In this document: positions 1-13,800 of the stretch, in pieces
How positions within the stretch are numbered: position 1 is the first letter of the stretch
Layout: each line of letters opens with the position of its first letter
Assembly: GCF_006345805.1 (NCBI RefSeq)
Contig: NC_042997.1
Coordinates: 64,914,001 to 64,978,000 of the forward strand
Direction: 5' to 3'
Source: Octopus sinensis
Lineage: Eukaryota
DNA: 64,000 nucleotides
Notes under the pieces: model-generated
Database searches by the model: none
What the model saw: only the letters and a program-made list of their open reading frames with translations
Told to the model about the DNA's origin: nothing
Translations under genes and position numbers: made by a program

Positions 1-25
1 ATATATATATATATATATATATATA

Positions 26-863
26 CTAGCAGAGATACAGCACTCCGGGCGGTTTTCTGCTTTCCACTCAATAATATTTCCACATGTGATTCCGACATCT
101 AATAATTTTCATATTTTAAGTCTAATTATTTTTTAGTATTATAGTCCTCTCTTGCTTAGTAAATACTGCTTTCATTATTTTATCACAGTCATAATCTCCC
201 TTTTTTTAAACAAACATCAACGTAGTCCAACTACGTTTAATGTGTCAAACATATCAGCAATCACATATAGATATTTTAATAACTAAAGCGTATCAAATAG
301 CCAAATCAGCAAATTCAATTGCTAATTCTTCGGTAACGACAGAAAGAAAATATGTCATATGAGTCCGAAGCTTCAGTAAATTTTTTAAAATTCGTCCAAT
401 GTAATTTATTTTCAGTATGCATAAACAATAAACTGAGGGCATTTACACAGCAAATTTAAGTAAGCAAAGTACCCGTTTTCCTCATTCGAAATAACGAAAT
501 AAAACTTGAAAGGAAAAAAACTGTAATGAATATGTCTTAAGTAGATTATTATTAATGAAAACAATTAGAGGCGGGAGGGAGAGAAAGTGAGATTGTGTTG
601 CAAATGAAAAGAAAAACATTTGTGAGAACATATTAATACTGCTTATCAAATGTTAAAACTCACTCTGCAGTGAACGTAAAGCTTGGCAACAAATATCTAA
701 ATTTGTGATAGTAAATAATAACAGACGCTTCGCAAATGCTATTTTTATCGATATATATTAACAGAAGAATTTATAAAAAGTTTCCAGGGTCAAACCTACA
801 ATATGGCTATTATGGAAGGTGTGACTAACTAACTAACGGCCATCACAGGATTTTATAAGTAGA
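26..863 (-). mobile_element. Non-autonomous Helitron-like element
   Basis: Minus strand starts A|TCTACTTATAAAATCC (863) and ends with a GC-rich subterminal stretch followed by ...TCTCTGCTAG|T (26). 5'-TC, 3'-CTAG and insertion between A and T are Helitron hallmarks. Confidence 0.65.
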
Positions 864-884
864 TATATAGCTGAGTCAATCTGT

Positions 885-964
<80 letters not shown>

Positions 965-1034
965 TGTGTGTATGTGTGTCTATATATGTATATTTATCAT
1001 TCATAATTGGTAGAACTTACAGAGCTGTGCATAT

Positions 1035-1073
1035 ACAGACAGATAAACAGATAGATAGATAGATAGATAGATT

Positions 1074-1152
<79 letters not shown>

Positions 1153-1181
1153 GAATGGATGGATGGATGGATGGATGGATA
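1035..1181. repeat. (GATA)n/(GGAT)n microsatellite, next to (TA)n/(TG)n at 885-990
   Basis: Read directly from the sequence. It explains the low-complexity SIYL ORFs. Confidence 0.95.
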
Positions 1182-1399
1182 TACACACACAGACGCACGC
1201 ACGTACAAAACACTTGTACTGTGGTAACACATGGAAATGGCGTTTCCTTATTTTTTCGTATATACCCAAATTTAAAATGATCTCATATAACGATATCATT
1301 CATCCAACATGTGTTGAAATATGCCAAAACCATTTCATTCCTCACAAATGTATGCTAGTGTACATATAGTGTATGTGTTAATTCTATTTGCTGAAACTT

Positions 1400-3296
1400 G
1401 CTAAAAAGCATATTTTGCTTTAAAGTAGTATCTCCTTGTGGACATAATTGTCTGTAATCGGACCGTTTTCCATTTCTCTCAGCCAGTATTTTTACATTAG
1501 CCTTTTTAGAACTTTACATAATGCAACATACAGCTGACCATACGAGAAGAATTGTGTCGGAAGATCTATTCCAATTTGTTCAAATGTCTGACCCCGTGCC
1601 TTGTTGCATGTCAAGTCAAAAGTTGCTTTGACAGGAAATTGCGTGTAAATGTAAATGAAAATTCCATTTGTTGAGATACATGTGGCATTCTTGGGATTAG
1701 CAATGTCAAATCTGCATAAGGACCAGAAGCAATCTCAGCCTCAATATCATGTAAACTGACAATGATGTAGTGTGTGCCATTGCAATGTCCAATAGTAGCA
1801 TCTAAAGTCCTCAGATTAAGCAGCATTTTTTCTTCAGTTTGAGAATATGTGGTGGAAACCTTGATGGTGTAAGTTTGCTGATGACTTCGATTGGGTATAG
1901 AGTTTCATTATCAGCTGTATTTGAGTTTCTGTATATTTTCAACTCATCAGGGATCCTGATCGACAGGAAAGCATTTGTTGCAATAACAGTAGTTCTATTT
2001 GCAAGCCGCATATGGTATATGAAGTTATTTTCAGGGTCACCATGTACAAAATCACATGGATCTGAAACAATACCACTTTGAAGGCAAAGGTCATTAGGTA
2101 GTTTGGTTTTTTAATCCACCTCGGCTTTGTTCAACAGAAATGTTACCATTTCCTACATCAAGAAGGTAATTAGCAAACTCTCTTTCATCAGAATGAACTT
2201 CTGTAATAAGTCTTAGATTGGTTATCAATTCCACTACTTCCACATGATTTCAAAGAAAAGATATCTTTAGTGTTGCATCAACAAACTCTGATCTGGCACG
2301 ATTATTTTGAAGCAGAATATTCTCCTCTCGAGATTATTTAACCAGTCGGTCAAACGTAGCGGAAACAGAATCATGTTTACGTCTCGGAGCATATTCAGAC
2401 ATCTGTTTCAGTTGTTTTGCCCTGGTTTTATCTGATTCAGTTGCCTATCTTTCTCTCTGCTGTTGTGCCTTTACTGCTAAATTTTCAGTTTCAGTCGCCT
2501 TTCTTTTTCGACGCACTATGTTGAATTGCAAAATTCAAAAATAATATTTGTGTGATAACGAAATTAAACCGGGAGTGTGTGCTTTTATATTAGAGAGACA
2601 GTGTGAGTGTGTTTGTGTGTGAGAGGGAGGCAGAAGAGAGAGAATATTGCAAACATTGAATGAAAATAAACATGAAATCAAAAATATCGTATAAGTGAAA
2701 ACTCGTTAAAATCAGCCGCGATCACATAGTTATTATTGTAAAGATTATAGCGTTCCAAGCAACCAAACCAACGAAATCACTTCTTCATTTAGAAAAGAAG
2801 AGAATTATTCCGGTATATTAATGAAGTTTCATATTATTATAAATATTCATTTAACAAACTCCGGAAGTTGATAATATTTTTGAAATTGTGCCTCGAGTCA
2901 AAATTATATGGCTATTATTAAATTATCATTATTGAAAATAGAAGCGAGCGAGAAAGAGTAAGTGTTGCAAATGGGAACGTAAAATTTCACCTGCAGCGAA
3001 TTAATATTGTTTATTATTAAGCATTACAATCTACTCCGCAGTGAATGCAATGAATATTTAAATTTATGAATAAGTAGACACAGTGAATGCAATGAATATT
3101 TAAAATTGCGTAACATTGGAATTAAAAGAATTCAATAACCTTAAGAAATCGAAATTATAGGACATTTCTTAGAACATGAGTTTAAAGAAACATTTCCAGA
3201 CGGTCAAACTTTTGATATTGCTTTGTTTTCGTACTTTTATTAATTGTTACATACCTAATTAATAAACAGATTTCTCCATTATAGTATAGAAGAAGA
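1400..3296 (-). mobile_element. Internally deleted Helitron (5' terminus, N-terminal coding relic, helicase C-terminus)
   Basis: 5' end A|TCTTCTTCTATACTATAAT at 3296. Charged N-terminal relic RRKRKATETE at about 2400-2520. Helicase motifs lie downstream. The 3' end was not located. Confidence 0.7.
1490..2290 (-). pseudogene. Helitron RepHel PIF1-family helicase fragment, frameshifted
   Basis: Translations LTPSRFPPHILKLK, NLRTLDATIGHCNGT, LLIPRMP, FDLTCNKARGQTFEQIGIDLPTQFFSYGQLYVALCKV match the PIF1/Helitron motifs PPH.L.LK, CNGT, FAMTINKSQGQT and FSHGQLYVALSRV. Confidence 0.9.
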
Positions 3297-3424
3297 TGTA
3301 CGCTGGGCGAAATACTTGACAAATTTTCGTTTCTCATTACGTTCTGAGTTCAGTTCCTTTGACTTTCCTTCTTCCCATTCGTTAACATAAGCGTGGATGT
3401 AATTGATTTAAACCTTCCACAAAA

Positions 3425-3465
<41 letters not shown>

Positions 3466-3547
3466 TATATATATATATAATATATATATATATACATATG
3501 TGCGTATGCGTGCATCTATGTGTGTGTCTTTGTGGATGTATGCATAT

Positions 3548-3792
3548 ATATATAAGAATGTTTTGCTTAATATGATAAAAATCCAAGGCTGTGTAGATAT
3601 TAGACCATTTATAGATAGAAGGTCTTACAGCTGTTTCTAGGCTATTCATTAATAATATCCCTTCATCGGAGATGGTGAAGGGATATTATTAATAAATATC
3701 CGAGAAACAGCTGTAAGACCTTCTATCTATAAATGCTCCAATATCTACACAGCCTTGGGGTTTTATCTTATTACGCAAAAAATTCTTATATA
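3548..3792. repeat. ~245-bp near-perfect palindrome (inverted pair of a hammerhead-bearing, Penelope pLTR-like repeat)
   Basis: Arms such as ATAGATAGAAGGTCTTACAGCTGTTTCT and AGAAACAGCTGTAAGACCTTCTATCTAT are reverse complements, with the centre near 3670. Flanked by (TA)n. Confidence 0.85.
3621..3672 (-). ncRNA. Minimal type I hammerhead ribozyme-like motif
   Basis: Minus strand reads TCT-CCGATGA-AGGGATATT...AATAGCCTA-GAAAC-AGCT-GTA-AGA. Stem III loop AGCT is palindromic. Confidence 0.55.
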
Positions 3793-3945
3793 CACACGTT
3801 GACATAGCAGCAACGTTGAACCCTTTATTCGCAATATTACCGAATCTGGAACTTAACTATGGTATGTCTATAGCACTTATTCAGCATTACCTGATACTTT
3901 TGGGTCTCAATGACACCATTATCTCTTATAACCTCAATTTCTCGC

Positions 3946-4001
<56 letters not shown>

Positions 4002-4340
4002 ATATATATATAATATATATATATATACAAAAATAAAAGCCAGGAACGTTTCTATATTTCCTCCTAAATGTGTATGTGTGTGTGTTTGTGTCTTTTCACC
4101 TATGTGATTGTTCGTTAATGCGTTGGTACAATAATGAATTACACGTTTTTCATACAATACTGTACTCGAATTATGCAAATAGGCGAAGATAAGTCTAATA
4201 GATAATTATTTTATCAGGGATTCGAACGAAATTGTAATAGTATTCAGCTTAATTTGAAATAAGAGGAGGATAAGGGGAGAATATAGGGAAAGAAACAGCG
4301 GATGATTAAACCTTTAAAATTATGTATCTTTCTATATATA

Positions 4341-4995
4341 TAGGATCATTCCATAAATAATGCGTTTTTTTTAATTGCATGAACGGGATAAACTACCTGC
4401 ATGAACTTGCTACAAAAGCAGGTAGTAATTCTACCTTCTCCTTATACTTTGTACAAGTTTGATTTTAACAGTTACTTTTTCAAAGCTTTATTAGAAGTGA
4501 TAAAGGAGCATGTTCGGCATATTTTTTCTTTATGAGTTAAATAAAGGTAACAACTCAACAGAAAGGGCGAAGAATTTTCACGCAGCATATGGCAATCAGA
4601 CGTTAAGCGTAAGCCAGTGTCAACAGTGGTTCCAGAAATTACCAGCCGGAAACTACAACCTAGAAAACGAGCCTCGTCCTGGAAAATCTGTAGAGCTCGA
4701 TGAGGGCATCATTCAACCATATATTGGTACCTGCGTACCATTGGAAAACTTTCCAAATTGGGTCAATGTGTTCCTCACAAACTTTCCGAGTCTAATCGCG
4801 CGCAGAAAGTGAGTGTGTGCTCCTTTTTGGTTCCACGAATGAACTTTTTGGGGACCAAATAGTGACTTGTGAAGAGATGTGGGTTCTCTGTAAATATGTT
4901 GAATGTCGAAGACAGTGGGTAAGAAAAGGAGAAACAACGGTACCCCAGGCTAAATGTTTTCATAGACGTGTTATCTATTTGGTGGGATATGAAGG
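4341..4995 (+). mobile_element. Mariner transposon relic (N-terminal transposase pseudogene)
   Basis: FLYELNKGNNSTERAKN...CQQWFQK...LENEPRPG is the mariner HTH. It is followed by VPHKLS (WVPHEL motif) and IVTCEEMW (IVTGDEKW motif) in shifted frames. Confidence 0.85.
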
Positions 4996-5434
4996 GTTTA
5001 GTCATAGGTTTATGTATGTATGCATGTATGCATGTATGTATGTATGTATGTATGTATGTATGTATGTATGTATGTATGTATGTATGTACATAAATGTGCG
5101 TATATACCTTCAGATAAATATGTGTAAATTTATATATATCATCATATACATATATACATTTGTATTTGTGTGTATACATGTGTGTGTGCCTGTGTCTGTG
5201 TGTGTGTGTGTTTTCACACACACATTCATATGTACACCCAGATACTGGTTGAATGTAGAAGATAAAGAGATGTATGGTGCGATACACGAAACAGTAAATT
5301 GTGTTAAATACCCACAATGTTTGATCATTTATGGCAGCATGCTGGGCGAGAAGAATGATATTTTTATTTAATATACTGTGGAGGGATGAATAGCTGACAT
5401 TGGAAACGTTTATGAAATCTTCAAAGTCAAATAA

Positions 5435-5488
<54 letters not shown>

Positions 5489-7639
5489 TTTATTGTACCA
5501 TACATTACTTATGCAACAAAAGAGTAGTCTGTTCCATTTTACAGGAATGTGTGTACAAGGCCGAAGTTATTAAACCAATCCCTATGAATCTTTAAGAATA
5601 ACAGGTACATGCTACGTTGATAGAAGTATATACTTATTAGAAATTCTTGTTGGTTGTATTCGTTTCTTTCCTATTTCCTCTGTTGTACAAATTGTATTTC
5701 TTTACAATGTAGTAGAAATATGCATGCCATGTCAAAATAACCTAGTTCCTTCCCGTTGTTTAGGTTGTAGATCATATAAGACTATAAAAATATGAAAGGA
5801 TGTTTTTCAAATATTTTCGCACATTTTGTGCGTATACAAATCCGGCGTGCATTACTTTCTCACCTATGGTTCATTAGTTGACATGAAAGAATTATTTCAA
5901 CAGCATACATTTCATTTGTGTTACTGATCATGAGAAGGCTTTGGTATACTTTCTTGTGAAGAAAATCACATGGTGTTTCAACAAGGAAGTAATGTCTTTT
6001 GAAGTAACGTTTTCTCTAATAACTAAGATAACAGAAAACAATCTTCATTTCGTCATTCGCAAACGTGTATGTCGTTGTAATATGCAGATAGACAAACATT
6101 TTACAGAAGGGTGCACAACATACAGAACAGAAATAATAACAACTATTTTTATCACAGAGGAAAGCGAAAATATCTGTTGGTAGCACATAGTCACATTAAC
6201 GATCAGATCACAGAGATTATCGGCTTCGTAGGTAAGAAAAGCGAACAACCTCGTGGTTTTTTAAATCAATAAAGAAAGTAACATTACTAAATATGGGTCT
6301 CAAATTCTGGTAGAAGGCCAGTAGTTTTAGGGGATGAGATCAAATTATTTATCAATAATAAACGCGTCTGAAACGGCTGTAGTAAACCTCTAATGCATTT
6401 CTATTCGTATTTATGCAAACACCATACCCGAAACCTTCACTATGTTCGATCTGGAATTTACATTGGATCTTGAAATTGCATTCGAGTGTGCATGGGTATA
6501 TACGAATGTGTTTGTTTGAGGCATATACGTTCATGTGCAGATTAGTTTGTTGTCCTGAATATTAAAATATCTTGATTCAAATGAATCCTAGAAATAATTA
6601 ATATGGATATATATATATATATATGTATGTATGTGTATGTGTGTGAGTGAGCGGGAGAGAGTGAAGGAGAGAGAGATACACTGAGACAGTTAGATGAATG
6701 TATGTGTGTATGCGTGTGTAATTCATTATATACGTAAGCAAATAAATTTTGGAAAAAATATAGAAAAGACAGTTGTCGTATGGAAAATGTCAAGAATTTA
6801 TGGTTATATATTAAAAAAAATATGTGAGCAAATGTTTTGATGCGAGCATTTTAAAGATATCTTTCCTCGTTAGTCTCGATATTACCAATAAAACTCTCTT
6901 TTAAATATACAATATTATATATATTTTCTTAAATTTGTTGACAAGCAGTAAATAATTACCCATGAAATTTTGTTATTTGGAATATAGCTGTTTATAGCCG
7001 TGTTAGTCAACAAATAAATACAAACGGTATATATTACATTCACCGCAAATATTGAACTCAAGTTGATTTTCTTTTTTTTTATCAGAAAACGTTTTTTTTA
7101 ATAATCGACTGCCCTCATTGACAGCATTAATGTTACTGAGCAAGCAAGAAAGCGATGCAGAATTTGAACTCGGAAATAATATGATGAAATTGCGTTCTAA
7201 AAATAATTGTATGCGGCTGCTTTCTAATTTGACGTCATCTAGTAGAAAATGAAATTGGATATAATTATTGAAAGATCAAAGATCATATTCATATTTGATT
7301 GCTTTTAATATATATATTATTAAATGTCGCAACCACTTTCAATCGACCTATCGAAATTTTCGGGTTTTTTCCCCATTTATAACTCGCCATTTTAATGAGA
7401 GACATTTAAATTCAGAGAAATATTTGTATTAACAAACAGAATTGGGTAAGACACCAGATTTTGTCTGAGAATGAACAAAAGAATACTCTCTCATTTATGT
7501 TTATCATTATAAAATAGATTATGAAACCATACAGGATGATGTAATATTCGAAGTTATCGCAGTTTTATTAATTAGATAGCAAAGAATATTGCTGTGAAAA
7601 ATAACTTCTTTTAAATGAATTTGCATGCCCGCATTTAAT

Positions 7640-8030
7640 ATTGGTTTCAAATTTTGGTTCAAGACCAGCAATTTCGGGGACAGGGTTAATTCGATCAATC
7701 GACCCTATAGATCCGAATAAGTACCACTTGATTCCTGGGGTTCATGTAATCTATCACTCTGTTCCGCAATATTGCCGGCATTGTGCCCAGGTATGAACCC
7801 AATGTTACAGTCATTATCCAAGGTGGCTAGCCGACAGAATCGTTAGTAAGCATGGTAAATTGCTTAGCGGCATTTTGTCAGTCATTTTGTTCTGGGTTCA
7901 AATTATGTCGACTTGGACTTTCTTTCATTTGGGGCTGGTAAAATAAGTACCAGGTAAACTCTGGAGTCAATTAAAACGACCTAAGACCTTCCCCGAAATT
8001 TCTGGTCTTGTGCCAAAGTTTGTACCCAAT
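7640..8030. mobile_element. Cluster of SINE fragments of one abundant family, both orientations
   Basis: The recurrent motif GACTTTGCCTTTCAT...ATAAGTACCAG...CTGGGGTCGAT...TGTGCCAAAATTTGAAACC is also seen at 8370-8495, 14520-14715 (minus), 37500-38450 and 46310-46500. It resembles Octopus SINEs. Confidence 0.7.
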
Positions 8031-8369
8031 ATTATAATCATTAAGGCTAATTTACATGCGCATGCACATACTTGAAAAGCATAAATTGCATACACAAATC
8101 TACATACGTACATACACACATGTATTTGTGCATTATTTGTGTGTGTATGAGAGTGTGCGTGTGTGTGTGTGTAGTGAGAGAGAAACAATCGTAAAATCAC
8201 GAAATATATGAAGCGAAGTATATCTCATGTAAAAAAGGAATATATAAGAGCATAAAATTCCCCGATATTACTCTCACTGACACCACCATCGTATATGTTA
8301 CCGATGTAGCTAACATTCAGGACGATATTTCTCTTTTTCTATTTTACACAGTTAATATAACATTGGAAT

Positions 8370-8495
8370 TCCAGGATCGACTTTGCCTTTATCCTTCTGT
8401 AGTTGACAAAATAGGTAACAGCTGTGTACTGGGGTGATGTAATTCACTTACCCTCAACCACAATTCCTGACTTTGTGCCAAAATTTGAAACCTAT
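8370..8495 (+). mobile_element. SINE 3' fragment
   Basis: CGACTTTGCCTTTATCCTTCTG...GTACTGGGGTGATGTAATTCACTT...TGTGCCAAAATTTGAAACC, the same family as at 7640-8030. Confidence 0.7.
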
Positions 8496-8689
8496 ATAAG
8501 TTTGGGACCCTGATTTGATTTTCAATAAAAATCATTTAATTCTTTTAATTTCTATATGAATAGGATTTTATTGTATAATACTGAACTTATGTACACGCTG
8601 CAGTTTATATGACGACTTCTAAAATAGTAACTTCAGTGAGCTGCAATAATGGTCATATTGATATCGGAACGCTGGAAGAAAAATTTTAA

Positions 8690-8875
8690 TGCAGATATAA
8701 TAACAATCTTTCGAAGTTTGGGTACCGTGATAGAATACAATCAACAACACTTTCTGATTTAGTCAGGAAACTTAAAGACAATGGAACCAATTTCTACAAA
8801 TCCTAATCCAGACCATATATTAACGGGTATAAAGATGTTTTGTATGTTCTCTTGAGAAACTGTATTACTTAAATA
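8690..8875 (+). pseudogene. Possible Penelope-type GIY-YIG endonuclease C-terminal relic
   Basis: Degenerate translation RYNN...QSTTLSDLVRKLKDNG...PYING resembles the C-terminus of PLE endonucleases. Short and frameshifted. Confidence 0.4.
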
Positions 8876-8880
8876 ACTTC

Positions 8881-9232
8881 ATGTAACAATAGCAACAGAT
8901 GACAATGTTTCGCTAAAAGAAACGGAGAAATCATCAAAATACAAAGATCTGGAAATAGAGGTAACTCGGATGTGGAGTCTAAAAACAGGAATTATTCCTA
9001 TCATTGTAGGCGCATTAGGTATGATAAAAAAAACATTCATACAAATACATAACAAAGACAACAGGACTAACAAGTATATATAACATATAGGAAATAGCAA
9101 TAATGGGCACCGCACACATCCTACGTAAAACACTTTCAATATAATAACAATAACAGCATCACTACAAACCACAGTACATACCCAAGGCACACAGAGCTGC
9201 ACTCGGTAGTGCAGTGAAAGCGTCCAATAAAT
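8881..9232 (+). mobile_element. 3' end of an R4/Dong-type non-LTR retrotransposon (restriction-like endonuclease tail and 3' UTR)
   Basis: DDNVSLKETEKSSKYKDLEIEVTRMWSLKTGIIPIIVGALGMIKK...MGTAHILRKTLSI carries the RLE motifs K..KY.DL and P.IVGALG. It runs directly into an (AAT)n array. Confidence 0.85.
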
Positions 9233-9239
9233 ATATGAC

Positions 9240-9406
9240 TACTGAATAATAATAACATTAACAACAACAATAACAACAGCAATAATAATAGCAATAATGA
9301 TAATAATAATGATAATAATAATAACAACAGCAATAATAATAGCAATAATGACAATAATTATGATAATAATAATAACAATAGTAATAATAATGATAGTAAT
9401 AATAAT

Positions 9407-9462
<56 letters not shown>

Positions 9463-9611
9463 TAACAATAATAATAATAATAATAATAATAATAATCATA
9501 ATCATAATCATAATCATAACCATAATAATAATAATAATAATAATGATGATGATGATGATAATGATGACCACGACGACGACGACGATGACGATGACGATGA
9601 CGATGATGATA

Positions 9612-9655
<44 letters not shown>

Positions 9656-9680
9656 AATAATAATAATAACAACAATACCA
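9240..9680. repeat. (AAT)n/(GAT)n trinucleotide array
   Basis: Read directly from the sequence. Source of the spurious poly-Ile/Met ORFs. Confidence 0.95.
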
Positions 9681-9861
9681 AATAGCAGGCAGCGAATATC
9701 AAGCAGCAGAGACGAGTGCCAGTGAGATGCCGGGAAGATAGATCAAATCTGAAACCATCACGAAGCAGAAATTAAGAATCTCCATAAACAATGAAACAAT
9801 GGAAGAAAGCTATGTCTTAATGTATGCTACCTCAGGAAATAAAATTTCTTCTTGTATGGAG

Positions 9862-9917
<56 letters not shown>

Positions 9918-9969
9918 AATATTAGGGAATAAATCCAAACTTACAGGGAAATATAAATACGTATATATA

Positions 9970-10033
<64 letters not shown>

Positions 10034-10185
10034 GCATATACATATACATATACATACATATATATATTATAAACAGATGTGCGTAAAAATGTAAACACTG
10101 CAATATTCTATCCGAAAACTGCAGTAAAACTGTAAAATTTAATATTTAAATGTTAATTACTTATACATCCATATTTTTACAAGAC

Positions 10186-10236
<51 letters not shown>

Positions 10237-10277
10237 ATATGTATATATATGTACATATATATATATATATATATATT

Positions 10278-10320
<43 letters not shown>

Positions 10321-10889
10321 ATATATATATATATGTATATATGTATATATATATATATATATATGTTTATATATATATATATATAAGCACATTGCTGTTT
10401 CTTTTCGGTCTCTCGCTGATACATCAAATTCAATAATAATTATAAGTACGAAAGATACATCAACACACGTCCATAGGGGGTGTTCAGTTAAAAAAGTAAG
10501 CGCTGTAAAAACGATCCCGTAACATGAAAAACAACCAAATTGAGAAAGAGCGCTGTGCAGATAAATATAAATACAAGGAAATAGTTGATTTATGATTTAT
10601 ACACACTACTATGCAACACCTCTCGAAATCAACATACAGGAATAAGCCGCCCAAAACCTAAACGCTTACCCATAATAGCCAACAAAATGAACAAACCCCA
10701 CAACAGGTGCCATAGAAGGCCGATACCCGACAGTAGAACATAACATGCACTACACAAACAATACCAATAGAAAAACTAATACAACAGAAGACTTAAACCC
10801 ATAACAAAATATAATGATCCAATAAAAGGCACCCCCCCCCAAAAAAAAGGTAGCACACACACCACCTACCAGCACAAAGGTGCAATAAA

Positions 10890-13800
10890 TGATGCAATAG
10901 AAAGTTGCTTGATACTATCAGATGTCGGAAAATGATAGTGGTGATATCTTTGGTGATGAACGTTACCTTACTTCAGTATATGAGAGACATGAGCTTCTGA
11001 AGTAATTCTGGTTGTTATAGCGAAAATGGAGCTGGACCTTTAGGGAAGGCATCTCGCTCGGCAGTCGTTCAGTAAAGATGCAGACTGACCACAGCTGTTA
11101 TCTAAATAAGGCATCACTAGATAATACAGCAAGGAGGAGGAAGTGGACTAGCGAAGAAAACAGGGTAGTGATGCAGTGCTACTTAGAAAGTGAACCTAAA
11201 AGAAGTGGCTATAAAAAACGGATGTTAACATTTTGGGTAGAGACGGGTATGTTTAAAGTGACGGAGGAAAGACTAGTACATCAAGTTAATGCTGAAGAGA
11301 CGAAAGTGGATGACAGAATTGGAGGTAGGAGAAATCACAACAGAACTGAAAAAAAGACCAGGCAGTAGGAAAGACAAGCAACAACATAAGAGATACAACT
11401 CAAACCAAAGAACATGAAGGAAAAATAATAATAGCGCTACTAATAAGGAGGAAACGAAGATTTTAGCTGAGTTTCAGGAAATAATGAGTAAAGAAGTAAG
11501 AAAAAGATTGCCAGTATTAAAAGGCACTAACAGAAGGAAGCTTCTAGAAATGATTAGGAAAGTAGATTATGTTATCAGTACTAAAAACATAGGAGACACT
11601 AACTTATTGATCTATACAAGAGGGGAAGTAGTCGCTACAAGATCAGATATCTCACAGGGAAAGATTAAAAAAGAGCAAATGTGGAAAAAGAGATTACAAA
11701 ATAAAGTGAAGACAAGATCTGAGTAGAATAGACGCCTGGAAATTGAACAAGTTAGGAAACACATTATCAAATTCTTCCCTTGAGAAAAGATACTTAGTGA
11801 AAGAGAAAAGATTTAGGACAGTAGTAGAATAGTTGACATTCTTCTATCATGGTAGTGACGTAGTAGTATCATAGTATCATAGTAGTGACAGGCAACTTCT
11901 CCAGCTAGCTGCAAAGAATAGATCAGTATCAACAGAATAAATTATTTGAAATAGACCAGAGGGGATTTTATAACCAAATATATAGTAGAGAAAGAAGTAC
12001 TGAAGATGAGAAACCTAATGCAGAAGAAGCAACAAAGTTCTGAAGTAAGATGTGGGATAAGACAGTCAGTCATAATGGAGTTGCAATATGACTAAAGAAA
12101 GTGAGGAAAGAAGTAGTGAGTGTGAAGCTGCCAGGTGTAAGACTAACTAGTGCATTAATGGGTAAAGTATTAGGAAAATTGCCGAATTGGAAGGCCCAGC
12201 ACCAGATCTATTTCAAGGGTACTGGTTAAAGGAATTTAGTTTACGTGAAAGGTCGGGGAAACAACTTCAGCTTTGCCTTAATAAAGGAATAATAACATAT
12301 TGGATCACTAGAGGAAGGGGAGAGCACATTATGAATGATAAGAACAAGGGAAACACAGCTAGCATCTATAGACCATTCACTTGAATACCATGAGTGTGGA
12401 AACTGTTATCTGGAATGCTTTCAGAAAGCATTTACGAGTACCTTGACAACCAGAATTTACTGCCTTAAGAAGAGAAAGGTTGCAGGAAGAAGGCTAAAGG
12501 AACGCATAAGTTAATATACATAAACAAAGCAATTCTAAATGAAGTAAAGGCTAGAATAAAAAGTCAAACATTAGCATGGGAACATTATTGGATAGCCTAT
12601 GACATGATCCTACACTCACGGATAGCGATTGTGTGAGTATATTCAGTATAGCAGACAACATAAGAGAATTAATTAGTTTTAGCTTGGAAAAAAGGAAAGT
12701 AGATCACTACTCAGGTGACACAGTCTTAGGGAATGTTAATATCAAAAAAGGAATTTTTCAGGGGGGACACGTTGTCTCCTTTGATATTTTGTTTTATGTT
12801 TGATCCCCCGTCAGTTGAATATTAAGGAAAGCAAAGGCAGAAATAGTAAGATTAATCTTCTGCTCTACATGGCTTTGTAGTAAAAATGAAAACGAGAGAT
12901 TCCGTAATGCAGACTGTAAGAACCTTCAGCAAAGATATAGGCATGTAACTTGGCATAAATAAGTGGCAATATTAGTCATGAGAAGAGGACAGGTAGACAA
13001 TAGCGAAGGCATCCAATTAACCGATGGGCAGACATTAAAACCATTGAAAGGAGGAGGGAGTTATAAGTATCTAGGGGTATTAAAATCTGACACAGTACTA
13101 ACTATAGAAATGAAGACGAAAATTGCAGAAGTAGTACAACTGAATGGTGAGGAGGCTAATGCCGCTAAAAGCCCCGAATGTAGCAAAGGCTGTAAAAAAT
13201 ACTTGTGTAGTATTATTACTTAGATACTCAGCAGCTTTTGTAGATTGGACAAAAACTGAATAAGCAATGCTAGACAGAACTAGTAATTCAATATGAATGG
13301 AAGACTTCACCGAAGATCAGGAGTAGCAAGATTATGCTTACTTTGAAAAGAAGGTGGAAGAGACTTTATAACAATAGAAGACTGTATGGAATTAGCTAAA
13401 GTGAACATAAACTTCTATATAGTTATTAAAGCTTCTAGAGTCACAGCAAGACATAGGGAAACCAAAATATCAAACTAACACAAAAACCGGAAAACTGAAC
13501 AGAAATTACCTGACTGGGAGGAGAAAGTTTTGCATGGTAGATTCCCAAAGATGTTTGCAGCAAATAATAGTAGTGAGACATGGTTGTGGTTGCAGAAAGG
13601 AAAGCTGAAAAGGGAGGTAGAGAGATTGTTAGTAGCAGCAGAGGATCAAGCATTTAGGACCAATTCGTTAAAAGCCAACATAGACAAAGACCAGGTAAAT
13701 CCCTAATGTAGGCTATACAAATCAAAATAGGAAAGTGTTACTCTCAGAGTGAATGAATGTAGCATTCGGACACAGAAAGAATACAAGAAAAGACATGATA

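Noticed and set aside
997-1299. SIYL-, YI-, HT- and poly-Ile/Leu/Phe/Ser ORFs here and throughout (e.g. 9239-9725, 14621-15325, 18252-19034, 22006-22442, 35476-35850)
   Set aside because: These are translations of microsatellites with no coding evidence.
10390-10430. Very decayed hammerhead-like traces (also 6375-6390 and 32680-32705)
   Set aside because: Only half of the core is present or stems are missing, so they cannot be told apart from chance.
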